Source of the DNA: Octopus vulgaris
Lineage: Eukaryota
DNA length: 64,000 nt
Assembly: GCA_951406725.2 (NCBI GenBank)
Contig: OX597830.1
Coordinates: forward strand, 43,276,001-43,340,000
Direction of reading: 5' to 3'
The notes under the pieces are model-generated. The model searched no databases, was not told where the DNA came from, and saw only the letters and a program-made list of their open reading frames with translations. Positions 12,988 to 30,166 of the stretch are shown one piece after another. Numbering within the stretch: position 1 is the first letter of the stretch; the number at the start of each line of letters is the position of its first letter. The position numbers and the translations under genes are program-made.

Positions 12988-13390
12988 ATATATTTGTTTT
13001 ATTAAAGTATCACTATAATCGTAGTTTGGCTTCAAATGGCTGATCTGTTAAAATAGTTTTCTGTTGAGGTATTCATCACAAATTCTAGAAGTTGGCAGCA
13101 TGTATCATGGCGACTAAGGTTTCTGAAATTTGGAAACTCGTCGTTAACAAAGATTATGAATAACATAAGAGGAAATTTGAGAATGTAGGGGGAAAAAACC
13201 CACTGAACCTTCGTTTTCTATTACCTATCTCATGTTAATTAGCTGAAACTAACTAATCAAAGCGAATGATAATTAGCTCAGGTGATAAGATTTTTAAGCT
13301 ACATATTGATCGATGTTAAAAAACAACAATAACAACAAGAACGCAGACGACGGTGACGACGACGATGACAACGACAACAGCTATAATAAT

Positions 13391-13473
<83 letters not shown>

Positions 13474-13949
13474 AATGAATAACGAATGTAAAACTGAAAG
13501 TATATATATATATATATATGTATTAGTGCTTGTTTTTATGTTGTTATAATGAAAGCAATTTTACATTAATCTGATGGATTACTCTGTACTTTTATAGAGT
13601 ACAAATTTATCACACTTAAATATGAATGTTATTGACAGTGACTTCGAAGTTTCAGCCAGTTCGCTGATGCCCTAACTGGCCGCAAAATCAAAGTCACTTT
13701 CAATAATATTTTTGTTTAAAGAATAACATACATACATACATACATGCATACATACATACATACACACATATATACATATATGTGTGTACGTATATGTGTG
13801 TACGTATATGTGTGTGTATGTGTGTGTGTTCGCGCACACACACATAGTTTATATTAGGATAATTTTCATCATGGTCGTCTGTCTTAACGTTTGTTGCCGC
13901 CGTTGCAGACGTTGTTGCTATTGTCGTTGGTGATAGTTGTTGTTGTTGC

Positions 13950-13980
<31 letters not shown>

Positions 13981-14674
13981 GGAAGCGGTGCTTTGTGTTA
14001 TGTTACATAAGCCTCCCCAAATAATTGGTTTCTCATTATAATCATCACTGTTGCTTGTTCGACTTTAAAGATTACACCAGTTGGCCTAATAACTTAGCTT
14101 TAATCCGTTATTTTTGTTTACGGAGATAAATAATGGAAAATATATATAAACACAAAACACAAAACTGACACACATGCACACACACGCATACATAAATACA
14201 CAAACAGAACAAACATACATGTATACATACAAACATACAAACACATACGTACGTACATAAATATATACATTAATACATATATAACTACATACATGAAAAT
14301 ATACATAGGTACATACATAAATACATATATGTACGTACATATATAAATATACACAGATACATCCATATATACATCCACATACATATATACGCACGTACAT
14401 AAATTCACACATACGTAGATACATATGCATATATATGTACATATATAAATACAAAAAGAAATACATACACGCATATATACATATATACACGCAGACATTC
14501 ATATATACGCATGCAATCACACAAGTGCATACATACAACCAACCTTAAATGCTTACATGCACGCATATAGCCATATACATGCAATCATACTCAGATATAC
14601 ACATTCAGCCATCTTACATATTTAAAGTTATATATAAATGCATGTAAAAGTATACATATATATATACATATCTA

Positions 14675-16062
<1,388 letters not shown>

Positions 16063-16963
16063 TATATGCATAGATAAATACACACTAACGCATTCATTCA
16101 TGTAAATTTTGTATGAATCTCTTATTCTTTCATTCTTTCTTTCTATCAGCCCCTTCACACTTACTTCGTTCTTTCCACTCTTCTTTCTTTCGTTCCCCCT
16201 CTCTCACATTTCTTGTCGTTCTCTTCATTCTCACCTTCCCTCCTCTTTCACTTCACTGTGTCCCTTTTCTTTTTTTTTTTCTCGGCTCTCCCTAATCCTT
16301 CTATCCCTCTGCCTCTATCTCTCTCCTCTCTCTCCACGTTACCGGTGTTCGGCCAAGCCTGACCTTTCTTTCTTGGTTCGATTACCATCCGCGCAACAAC
16401 TATATTCCTCCCTATGCCTGTCATCTTTTATGTCCCTGCTGTAAGGCTTCACTACCACACACGCCAGCTTAATTTAATTCGTCCTTAGTCAAAAGACACC
16501 TGTTGTTAATGTCCTGTTATTTGCATTTGTATTTGTGTACCATTTCTCCGGTCTTTTCCGTCCTTGATTTTGTATACATTCGCTGCTTTCTTCCAAGAAA
16601 TCTAGCACTCTCGGCTTAGTTTTTCCTTGGGGCTGGCCAGATTGGAGCAATCTCGAAGATAAGCTGCCGGAATTTCAAAGATAATCTAGAACTCGACTGA
16701 GGAAAGAAAACTCCGAATGACCCGTCCTTGTTTTTTCTTGTCCTTTTTTTGTATCATCTGTCTGGATGTTTTGTTGTCCTTTTTTTGTATCATCTGTCCG
16801 GATGTTTTGCATTCTTGTCCCATTTTTTGTATTCCTTTATACCTCCCTCCCTACCTACCTACCTACCTACCTACCTACCTACCTACCTACCTACCTACCT
16901 ACCTACCTACCTACCTATCTACCTACATACATAATACATACATACATACATACATACATACAT

Positions 16964-17390
16964 ACTGGGATTTTCAGAAAATGAAATCAACCGGCTAATT
17001 CGTACATTACAGTTGCAATCTGTGAGGGAGACAGTAAAAATACGCAAGACATTTCTCAAGTTCCAAGTATTAATTTGTCTGTGTTAACTACATCCCAAAG
17101 ATGGAGCCTTGTCTCCTTGTTGGAAATTAGCTCCTTCCTCAGTGGAAGATTTCTAATAATTAAAAAAAAACAGAAGAGACATCCATCCATCCGTACATAC
17201 ATACATACATACATACATACATACATACATACATACATACATGCGCATGGATCACTAGGTTTTAGTAATGCTTAAAGTAAAATCTGGATAAACTGGGATT
17301 TTCAGAAAGAGAAATCGACCGGCTGATTCGTACAAATGCATTCTGTAAGTGGAAGAGTAAAAATGTGGAAGACTTTTCTCAAGTTCCAGG
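16964..17390 (+). mobile_element. Two short 3' fragments of a REL-type LINE embedded in (TACA)n
   Basis: LGFSENEINRLIRTLQLQSVRETVKIRKTFLKF and GSLG..NLDKLGFSEREIDRLIRT; same peptide family as 37942-38055. Confidence 0.65.
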
Positions 17391-17398
17391 CATGTGTG

Positions 17399-17443
<45 letters not shown>

Positions 17444-17496
17444 TATAAATATATATATACACGCACATACATTTATATGTATGCATACATATATAA

Positions 17497-17622
17497 ATAG
17501 CTGCGGTGATAAGAAGCTTACTTCCCACTGCGTGGCACCTTGGGCAAGTGTTTCTACTATAGCTTTGTGCCAACAAAAGCCATGTGAGTGGATTTGGCAG
17601 ACAGAAACTGAAGATGCCCGTC

Positions 17623-17678
<56 letters not shown>

Positions 17679-18025
17679 GAATGGAGTTGAACGACGAATT
17701 AACAAAATTCCTTTATTTTCGACATATGTTTCGAAGGCTGCATATTCCTAATTGCGAAGGAATAAGGAGTATATTATGCCGCTTTCTCACCAGGAAAAGC
17801 AAGGAACTTATGTCAACATCAAGATGCACAAAAAACTTTTAGATGACTGCTCACACGGAGCCCATAGTGAAAATGAGTGTCTCTTTAAAAAATTCCTTTA
17901 TAAGGAGTGACGTCAAAATGGTTGGATGTAGAAGAATCTAGAAGGTTCTAAAGGTTCAAGGGTTCAAACGAAGTAGGAGAAGAGAGGCATAAGAATAGGA
18001 AGGTGAAAGGGTGCAGTCCAAATGA

Positions 18026-18067
<42 letters not shown>

Positions 18068-18255
18068 ATGCGTGTGTATCTTTGTGTCTGTTCTTGCCTC
18101 TCGCCACCGCATGACAACCAGTGTTGGTGTGTTTATGTCCCCGTAAACTAGCAGTTCGGCAAAAGAGAGGCGACAGAATAAGTACTAGGCTTTAAAAAAA
18201 ATATAAGTCCTGAGGTGGTGCCCCAGCATGGCCGCGGTCAAGTGACTGAAACAAC
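17497..18255 (+). mobile_element. SINE-B interrupted in its (TA)n spacer by a hammerhead-bearing insert (17675-18026)
   Basis: 5' half at 17497-17625 and 3' half at 18070-18255. Confidence 0.75.
17716..17798 (-). ncRNA. Minimal type-I hammerhead ribozyme with one core mutation
   Basis: TTTTC-CTGGTGA-[GAAAGCGGCATA..TATGCAGCCTTC]-GAAAC-ATAT-GTC-GAAAA, overlapping AATAAA. Confidence 0.75.
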
Positions 18256-18329
18256 TCAAAACATAAATACACACAAGAAATACACACAAGCACACACACA
18301 TATGTAATACGCGCACACGCACACATAAA

Positions 18330-18363
<34 letters not shown>

Positions 18364-18457
18364 TATATGTATGTATGTACCACATGCATACCTCTGAATG
18401 TTAACCAATTCTTTTGTAATGTTTAGATAAAGCCAAGGAGAACCAGAACAACAAAAT

Positions 18458-18566
<109 letters not shown>

Positions 18567-19026
18567 CACCACCACCACCACTACTACTACTACTACTCGT
18601 GGTGATGGTGGTGGTGGTGGAGATGCTACAACTACTACTACAAGTACTGCAGCAACACATCAACAACATCAACGAAAGAGCAACAACAACAACAACAACA
18701 ACAACACCAATGCGATGAGTTGAGATGAGATGGTGTAATAAGTGTAACGATTAAATTGTTTACTGACCTATTTCACGATTCATTGGAAACCTTCTGACCC
18801 TATTCTTATCGAAACTGTAAACTTTATTGATTTTTTTCATCCTATATTTGTGTTTGTTATTAAGTTGCCTTTTGCTATCTTTGTAGCATGTTTAGCAGGT
18901 GATGGCCTGCTTTCCCATTGACTCCATTTTTACCTGCTCTCCCACGCTCTTTCTCCACCCCAACTCTTTCTTACATACATATACATACACACATACAAAC
19001 ACATACAAACACATACATACACTCAC

Positions 19027-19606
<580 letters not shown>

Positions 19607-19885
19607 ATTGTTAAAGAGGGCAACAGACGTTAAGGCAAGACAAACATCTCAAGTTATACACGTTATTATTATTGGGAAAATTGTTGTCTTCTTAAACAAT
19701 TATATATCTTCTCTATCGGAAATCTACAATGGTTCCATAACTCCCGTCTCGGTTATAGCCTTGGAGCCCTGGTAATCCGTTACAGCACTTGCCCAGCGTA
19801 CCTAGTCGTTTAGATCACCTGTGAACTAAACCCCCACATTTTGTGTATATATATATATAAAATTATATGTATGTATGTATACATA

Positions 19886-19921
<36 letters not shown>

Positions 19922-20657
19922 CATAATAATCATTTTCACGAGTTTGATGAATTAAATTCTATCAGTTCCTTTCTGTATTTGGTTTGCAGTTTGCAAGATA
20001 GATTCTTGATATAAAATCGTAGATTGAAAAAGATTTTGTTGAACGTTGAGAAGGTCATAATATCAATAACAAAACATAGATGTTTATAATTACCAATCCA
20101 CCAATTGACTAATGATAACAGAAGTGAATCAGAACCAGTGCGTGTGTTTATTATTGGCATAATGAGCCTCTCAAGACATTCCTGAAATGTGCAATAAGTT
20201 TATTTTATAATGTTGGTTTCGAATTTTGGCACAAGGCCAGTAATTTTGGAGGAGGAGGTAAGCTGAATATATCGACACCAATATTAAACTGAATGGATGA
20301 AAGACAAAGTCGAAGTGGACGTAATTCGAACTCAGAGCGAAAAGACGGACGAAATGCTGCCAAGCATATTTTCCGGCGAGTTTACCATTCTGTCAATAAT
20401 AATCCTTTCTACATTAGGCAGAAGGCCGGAAATTTGTAGGTGGGGGGGGGGGCGCTAGGTCGATTATATCGATCCCAGTGTTTCACTGGTACTTATTTCA
20501 TCGACCCCGTAAGGATGACAGGCAGAGTCGACCTCGGCGGAATTTGAACTCAGAACGTAAAGACGTACGAAATACTGCTAAGCGTGTTACGTTTTCTTTT
20601 GCCGAACCGCTAGGTTACGGGGACGTAAACAGATGTCAAGTGATAGTGGGAGGACAA

Positions 20658-20736
<79 letters not shown>

Positions 20737-20946
20737 TATATACGACGGGCTTCTTTCAGTTTCCGTCTACCAAATCATTTGGTAGACATGGCTTTGGACA
20801 GCCCGAGGCTATAGTAGAAGACACTTGCCCAAGGTGCCACGCAGTGGGACTGAACCCGGAACCATGTGCTTGAGAAGCAAGCTTCTTTCCACACAGCCAG
20901 GCCTACGCCTTATGAATTTATTTTATAATAATACGAATTATTAATA

Positions 20947-21320
20947 CAGGATGTCCATAAATTTTCTTTACAATTTGAAAAATTCAGAAAGAATGAAAAA
21001 TAAGTATAGTTTATTGGAAAACATAGGCAAACAAATAGAGTTTTATTAGAAAGAACAGAACACTTGGGCCCCATCGGCTGCAAACAACGCAACAAGACGG
21101 CGCTTGATTGCTGAGCATTCCCTCATCAGTTTTGGGTATGTTTTTTTTTCTTTTTTCTTTGAGACCATTGAGGCATTATACAATCTGTTTTTAAAGTAGC
21201 CCTGTAATCCCTAGAGGGGTTATATCTGGTGACCTAGGTGGCCAGGGAACTGGACCGCCTCTTTCACTCCACCGGTTTGGAAAAGTTTCATTAAGAAACA
21301 CTTGAATACTCAGTTTACAT
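20947..21320 (-). pseudogene. Tc1/mariner-superfamily transposase remnant with one TIR
   Basis: VFLNETFPNRWSERGGPVPWPPRSPDITPL; terminus TA|CAGGATGTCC. Confidence 0.8.
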
Positions 21321-21359
21321 AGAACATTCTTTACTTTCTACTGTTGTTTTGTTGCCATT

Positions 21360-21520
21360 TATTTACGAGTATTATAAATTCTATAGGTAAAATATTTTTC
21401 TGGGAACGAATTACGAGCTATAACATTGCTACTATGGGAAATTATTGCTCAGCTTTTACGAGTTTTCGCTTTACGAGCGGTCTCCAGGAACAAATTAACT
21501 CGTATATAGAGGCATTACTC
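21360..21520. mobile_element. Tigger/pogo-like MITE end
   Basis: Repeated TTACGAG motifs and terminal TTAACTCGTA..AGAGGCATTACT. Confidence 0.45.
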
Positions 21521-21557
21521 TGTGTGTGTGTGTGTGTAAATATGAAATAAATATAAA

Positions 21558-21617
<60 letters not shown>

Positions 21618-22264
21618 GTTTACCAACGCAAAGTGGCAGTCCTGCGGAGGATGATGTTACTACTTTTTAGCTCCAGGAAAGCACATTTTCCTGCTGGCTA
21701 TCGGCACATGATCTGTGTCCGTATACATACATACATACATACATACATACATACATACATACATACATACATACATACATACATACATACTAATAGACGT
21801 TGTAATGTAAGTTGGTCAGAAACACGCTAAAGTTACATTGAAAGGTTCTCTCAATTTTAGTTCCAATGCAGACTTTATGGAAATGAGACAGTGAAACAGA
21901 TGAACACGGAATATGGCAAAACTGTTTGCCAGAGGATTAGCTGCAAATGTAGACAGAAATAGAATATAAAACTCGGATGACAAGGCCGGATATTGCTTTT
22001 GGGATTGTTTGATCATATCCTGAATATGTACACCACACACCCTACCTATATGGATGCCGCCTGCTTGCTTGGTGTTCAGTCAATGTTTTCTCTGTGCCAA
22101 GGTGATATGCCATAAAACCAATACATTCTACAAATATATATTTAATAATAACAGCTTGATGATAATTTTTATGAAGTTTTTTTTTTTTAATTGATTATTC
22201 TCGTTTTGATGCCAGCTGAATAATAATAATAATAACAACAACAACAACAACAATAATAATAATA

Positions 22265-22561
22265 ATCATTGATAGTGGTAACTCGAATGTGGAGCCTAAA
22301 AACAGAGACAATTCCTGTTATAGTTGGCGCAGTAGGTATGATTAAAAAAACACATCCAGACTAATACATAACAAAAACACCAGGACTCACAAGTACATAT
22401 GACATACAGAAAATAGCTCTAGCAGGCGCTGCACACATCCTACGTAAAAGACTTTCAATACAGTGAAAATAAGAGCACCACAACAAACCACAGCACATAC
22501 CCAAGGCACACAGAGCTGCGCTCGGTAGTGCAGTGAAAGCACGTGATAAAAATAAGACTAG

Positions 22562-22563
<2 letters not shown>
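22265..22563 (+). mobile_element. R4/Dong-type LINE 3' fragment in (AAT)n
   Basis: RMWSLKTETIPVIVGAVGM..IQKIALAGAAHILRKRLS plus 3' UTR, then (AAT)n. Confidence 0.85.
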
Positions 22564-23206
<643 letters not shown>

Positions 23207-23349
23207 TAATAATAATAATAATAATGATTTATTTATTGTCCACAGGGAGCTAAACATAGAGGGGAAAACAATGACAGACAAAGGGTTTAAGTAGATTACA
23301 TCAACCCCAGTGCATAACTGGTACTTATTTACGCACTGGGGTCGATATG

Positions 23350-23421
<72 letters not shown>

Positions 23422-23439
23422 TGCTCTGCTCGCTCACTC

Positions 23440-23501
<62 letters not shown>

Positions 23502-23530
23502 TGATGATGATGATAATAATAATAATAATA

Positions 23531-24013
23531 TGATTCAGTACCAAGCAGTGGCTCTGATGGTTTTTGATCTTAACTGAGTAGAAGTGTTATCATGTACATT
23601 GTTTTGTCTTGGTATAAAAGATTAGCTACAGTAAACATTCTGTTCAATACCACATATTTGCTTGTCAGTTGAGAGTGTTCCTTAGTGGGGGAGACCATAG
23701 CCATGTGTTGAGAGGAATTCTTTGGAGTTTGACTAATTCACCTTTGGAAACATGGGTATTTCATTTAACATCCCTAAACAACCCTTATTCAGGGACCTGT
23801 TGAACGAGTTGGGCTACTCGTTCTGAAGAAAATTCTAACTGGGTCTCGCCTGCAAGGTCATGTGCTGTTTATCTTGATATGAGTTCACCGTTTCGCGCAC
23901 ATTTGGTTGCATATGCCAGGTGAACTCTTATCAGACGGGTCATGATGGGTATATTGGGTTTCGTATATTCATACCCCAGTGTCACTTTGATGGCATGCAC
24001 TGCACTCTCACTC
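23531..24013 (+). mobile_element. AAT-555 element, diverged with internal deletions
   Basis: Collinear with 56372-56928; a 19-nt 3'-only stub also lies at 23421-23439. Confidence 0.8.
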
Positions 24014-24654
24014 AATGATAATAATACTAATAGCGGTTTCAAATTTTGGTAAAAGACTTGCAAGTTTGAGGGACCCCAGTGTTCAACTGGTAATTATTTA
24101 CCAATTAAGCATGACCTTGCAAGTGGGACCCAGATCGAGTAGCCCAACCAGCTCAAAAGGCCCCCGAATAAGGGTTGTTTAGTAATGTTGAATGAAACAC
24201 CCATGTTTCCAAAGGTGAATTATTCAAGATGTATGTCAATGTAAAACACGAAAGGCAAAGTGAACTTGGGCGGAATTCGAACTCAGAACGCATAACCGCC
24301 AGAAATACCTTTAAGCATTTCGTCTGCTGTGGGCACAAGGCCTGAAATTTCCTTTTGGGGGCGTGTGGGGTAGGGTGGGGGAGCTATTCGACTGCACCGA
24401 ATCCAGTGCTCAACTTGTGCAGTGATAACAAAAGAACAGACTTTTTCCGGGTGGAATTTTTAAAAAATGAAAATAAATTAAGAAATAATTTGGTTTTTTT
24501 TTTTCCAATACATAAATAAAGAAACAAATAAAAGAAGCAAGGAAATTTGTTCGTTGCTTAAAATTTAGGAAAATCTATCTGTTTGCCATAATCACCACAC
24601 ACACACACACGCGCGCGCACACACATATCCATACACAAACGTACACATGCACTT

Positions 24655-24685
<31 letters not shown>

Positions 24686-25304
24686 CAGCAGATATTTGAT
24701 TTGAAGACTGGGAATAGGAAATTATATTTCGTTAAAGCGATTATTATCGTCAAACAGAGATGTTCTTAAGTAATGACACCGTAATAGCTGCTTCATTATC
24801 AGATAAATCTGATACAAAAACGAAATAAGAAACAAAAAAACCACCAATTAGGTGGGATTAATATTTGATAACAGCTTTTTATATAACACACGGATTGTTT
24901 TGAGCCTCTTGCAGCGAGCATGTAAATACTAGAATTGTTACTGCTTAACCTCAGGGGATGGCGGTGAGCTGGTAAAATCATTACCGCGCCGGGCGAAATG
25001 TTCAGCGTCATTTCGTCCGTCTTCACGCTTTAAGTTCAAATTCCGCCGAGGTCAGCTTTTCCTTTCATCCCTTTCGGGATCGATAAAATAGTTGTCAGTT
25101 GAACATTGGAGGTCGATGTAATCGACTCATCGCCACGCCCCCAAATTACTTCCCTTGTGGAAAAATTTGAAAGTATTATTATTATTATTTTCATCCATTC
25201 GGGGTCGATAAATTAAGTACCAGTCATATACTGTGATCGATTGTCCATCTCTCCACAAAATCCAAGCTTTGTGCCTATAGTAGAAAGGATTATATTATTA
25301 TTAC

Positions 25305-25350
<46 letters not shown>

Positions 25351-25826
25351 GACAGAGAGAGCAGTGCATGCACTCAAAGTGACACTGGTGCTAAAATACA
25401 CGAAGCCCAGTATACCCATCATGACTACCCGTCTGATAACGGTACACTAGGCACATGCATCACAACCATAAGTGCGCGACAAAGTGATCTCATATCAAGA
25501 TAAACAGCACATGAACTTGCAGGTGGGGCCCAGTTAGAATTTTCTTCTGGTCGAGTAACCCATCCCGCTCAAAAGGTCCCTGAATAAGGGTTGTTTAAGG
25601 ATGTTGAACGAAACACCCATGTTTCCAGAGGTGAATTATTCAAACCCCAGAGAATCCCTCTCAACCATGGTTATGATGCTTCCCCACTACTTATGCTCAT
25701 GATCAGAGATGCACATATCGTCAGCCACTAAGGGACATGCTCAACTGGTTAAAGTCAAACAACTGACAAGCAAATCTGTGGTATTGAGCATAATATTTGC
25801 TGTAGCCCATATTTTATACCAAGACA
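25351..25826 (-). mobile_element. AAT-555 element, 5'-truncated
   Basis: Reverse complement of the full-length copies; (ATT)n on both sides. Confidence 0.88.
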
Positions 25827-25941
<115 letters not shown>

Positions 25942-26097
25942 CAAAGGCGGTGAACGGCAGGATCGTTTGCGCGCCGAGTAAAATGCTTAGTGATATTCCG
26001 TCTGTCTTTACATTCTGAGTTCAAATTCCGCCGAGATCGATTCTTACTTTCAGGTTCGATAAAGTAAGTACTGCTTGAGCAATGGGATCACTGCAAT

Positions 26098-26160
<63 letters not shown>

Positions 26161-26161
26161 T

Positions 26162-26215
<54 letters not shown>

Positions 26216-26909
26216 GTACCAAAATCTGAGACCATTACTAAGGCAGCGAACTGGTGGAATTGTCAGCAGACCAGTCTAAATGCTTAGCGGCATTTTGTCC
26301 GGACAAAATGCTTTTCTTCATTTCTACATTCCGAATTCAAATTTCGCCGAGGTCGATTTTCCTTCGCATCCTTCGGATTCGATAAAATACGTACCAGTTG
26401 TGCACTGGGGTCGAACTTGCTGGCCTTGTGCCAAAATTTGAAACCATTATAAGGCATTGGACAGAATCGTTAGCACGCCGGACTAAATGCTTAGCAGTAT
26501 TTCGTCTGTCTTTAAGTTGAACAATGGGTTCGATATAATTGACTTCACTTCCCCTCAAAATTACTGATCTCGTACGAAAATTAGAAAGAATTGTTTAACC
26601 CTTGGCCAAATCTAACTGATCAATCTTGAGATAAAACTCGCGTTCCATATATCAGCATCCTTTTGTTTTGTTTTTTTTTTCGTCCCAAGAACTCAGTCAT
26701 AACTTATGTAACAGTACATTATTTCAGGCCTTTCTTTTTTTCTTAAGTGAATAGGGTGCAACTTGCAGGACCCTTGGGCACCATCTTGACGAAACTAGTC
26801 GAATGAATCGATCCCTGGTACTTATTTGTCTTTCGCTGAACCGCTAAGTTACGGAGACATAAACACACCGACATTGGTGGTTAAGTGATGCATATATATA
26901 TATACATAC

Positions 26910-26999
<90 letters not shown>

Positions 27000-28270
27000 G
27001 ACCGGTTTCTTTCAGTTTCCGTCTATCAAATCAAAAAGAGTTATTAGCCTTTAAAATTTGCAAAATTTGGATATTTTAGCCAATCAGAAGCGAGTATTTT
27101 ACACTCTGCTTCCATAGTAACCAAATATGCTGCGCATGCGGACAAGGAGTGTAGGAAACAAACGTCGGTGTGGAACACACCAATTCATGGTTGACTCTTA
27201 TTTTTGTGAATTTATGTGGAGAAGGAGATATGAGAAAAGTAATTTAGTTTATAAAATCCTAGAGTGTATTGCAAACTGTCGTTCTTGAATTTTTTAAACT
27301 AATAAATGTCTGTTTTAAACCATGTTTTGGCTGTTATTTCTAGCAACTTCTGTTGGTTTGTTCGTAGCTTTTAAATATTTAATTTGCTCGCGTATGCTTT
27401 AATGCTAACTTTGCTCATGTATATTTTAATGTTTTGACTGATATTTCTAGCAACTTCCGTTGGTTTGTTTACTGTAGCTAGTTTCATGATTTGACATGTC
27501 GATGCCCAACACCCTGATGGAAGAGGCAGCGAACGCGCTGTTTTCTGATTGGTTGAAAATTCTGAAAATTATCAAACTTTGAACACCTGTAACATTTTTG
27601 CAAAATTTTTTCTGGAATAAATGAATAACAAATTTGGATTCAGCGTCAAATATTACATCTATATGAAACAGTAAAAAATTTTCTTAAACTAATTGTAAAC
27701 AGGGACGAAAACTACAAAGATCCGCCTTTTGTCCTATAAAATAAATTGCCAGATGAACTTTGGAGTCAATGTAATCTACTTACCCCTCCTCTCAAAATTT
27801 CTAACCAAAATATTAAATAAAATACGTTATTTACATCAATTTAATATATTTTGAACACCTATAAATGCGTATGTTAACCTAGTTTTTAGTTTTCAGTACA
27901 GTTCTTGCATTTTCAATTTGCTCCTGTTACTGAAAAGGTCCTCATTTTGTGTTTTACGCCTACATTATTTTGAAAGATGACATTACATGTAATGAAGTTC
28001 TAAATTGCATTATTCTCAAGGGAAGCATTATATTTAAAGTGATAGAAATAGCGACCTCTTAGAAATTGAGAAGGGTTGTTTTTTTTTGTCTGTAACTCAA
28101 TACGTTGTGTAACTTATACACAGTCTCTCAATAAATGGCGTCTTTTGTAAAACCACACATACACAGGAAATGATATAAGTGTGTGTGTGTGTGTGTGTGT
28201 GGTATGTACGAGCGCGCACGTGCGTGTTGTGTGGGTGTATCTATGTATATACATGCATATATATACATAT

Positions 28271-28357
<87 letters not shown>

Positions 28358-28361
28358 TGTG

Positions 28362-28795
28362 TAGCCGTGACTGTGTGGTAATAAGGTTACTTCCCAACCA
28401 AATGGTTCTGGGTTCAGTCCCACTGCATGGTACCTTGGGCAAGTGCCTTCTACTATAGTCTCGGGCCGACCAAAGTCTTGCGAGTGGTATTGGTAGACGG
28501 AAGCTGAAAGAATCCCGTCGTATATATATGTGTGTGTGTTTGTGTGTATGTATGTATGTATGTATGTATGTATGTATGTATTTGTGCGTCTATGTTTGAC
28601 CCCACCACCACCACCATCACCTCACAACCGATGTTGGTATGTTTACGTTCCCGTAAACTAGCGGTTCGGCAAATGATACCGATAGAATAGGTACTAGGCT
28701 TACAAAGGATAAGTCCTGGGTTGATTTGTTTGACTAAAGGCGGTGCTCCAGCATGACCGCAGTCAAATGACTGAAACAAGTAAAAGAATAAAAGA
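28362..28795 (+). mobile_element. SINE-B
   Basis: Collinear with 19163-19575. Confidence 0.88.
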
Positions 28796-28814
28796 CTATA
28801 TATGTATATATATA

Positions 28815-29536
28815 CCAGCATTAAAGACCCGTCGTAGCCGGGTCGTAGTGCTAGTGCATGTATATATGTGTATATATATGTGTACATATTACATGTACAT
28901 CTATATATATACATCTACACATAAAATGCAAAATACAAAGTTATATCTTGATATCGCTAGTGATAACAATACTCAAAATATATAACAGACTAGAATTGTT
29001 AGCTCTTCTTTTTTCTCTACATTGTATGCTTTATAGACAATAGTCTTTTCTTTAATTTAATTTTTTATTATCCATCTGGACTTTTCCATTTCTGAACGCT
29101 AATTTTATTTTTAATTTATTCCCATTCATGTGAAACCACTTATTCAAGTTCAAATCATTGATGCAATTTTATACCAATTGCTATTTTTACTTTTGTTATA
29201 TTACGATTATATTATACTTTAGTTTGATTTTAATTATTACTTACTACATATAATTCAATTGTTATTATTTTTATTGTTAAAGTGAAAGCATCTGACATAA
29301 AATAGAGAAATATTTTTGTTTCACTTTTAACACGTAATACTGAAATAGTGGAGAAGATATGATATTGCTATGGGCTCGCTCTAGGCAAGAAGTTGAACAT
29401 TTTTTTGCCCATGAAACTACATGGACCCTAAGTAAGGCATATGTAAAATTTGAATGAAATTGGTTGGGTAGTTCTCAAGTTTTAGGGAAACACACAGACA
29501 GACAGACACACATTCTCAGTTTTATATATATAAAGA
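28815..29536 (-). mobile_element. Non-autonomous Helitron-like element
   Basis: 5' A|TCTTTATATATATAAAA followed by a (TGTC)n tract; 3' hairpin GACCCG..CGGGTC then CTGG|T. Confidence 0.6.
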
Positions 29537-29713
29537 TATATATATATATTGTGCGTGTAGTGTTGGAATTGCGATAAGTACTATGTGATTAGAAGTCCAC
29601 GAAGATTATCGATATCCAGTTAGTCGACCGCTAAGTTCAGCAGTGTCACTAGTTATGATACACAAAACATGCGTAGTGGAAAATTCAGATGACCACCTAT
29701 ATATAAATATTTA

Positions 29714-29800
29714 GTTCCTACGTACGTTTCACCATTGGAACTCGGCATCGGATATTCGAAGTGCATTTGGATGTCTAACTACAAGTGATCATCAGGGAAA
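29714..29800 (-). ncRNA. Type-I hammerhead ribozyme, intact core, long imperfect stem II
   Basis: TTCC-CTGATGA-[~58 nt]-GAAAC-GTAC-GTA-GGAA; the cassette is flanked by (TA)n. Confidence 0.7.
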
Positions 29801-29832
29801 TGCTCTATTGCATTCTGTTATAGGGATCAAAG

Positions 29833-29877
<45 letters not shown>

Positions 29878-29919
29878 GAGACCCCCTCGGTCATCTATCT
29901 ATCTATCTATCTATCTATC

Positions 29920-30166
<247 letters not shown>

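Noticed and set aside
27030-27722. Decayed inverted repeats, and a similar segment at 58178-58590
   Set aside because: Probably old MITEs, but termini and TSD could not be defined.
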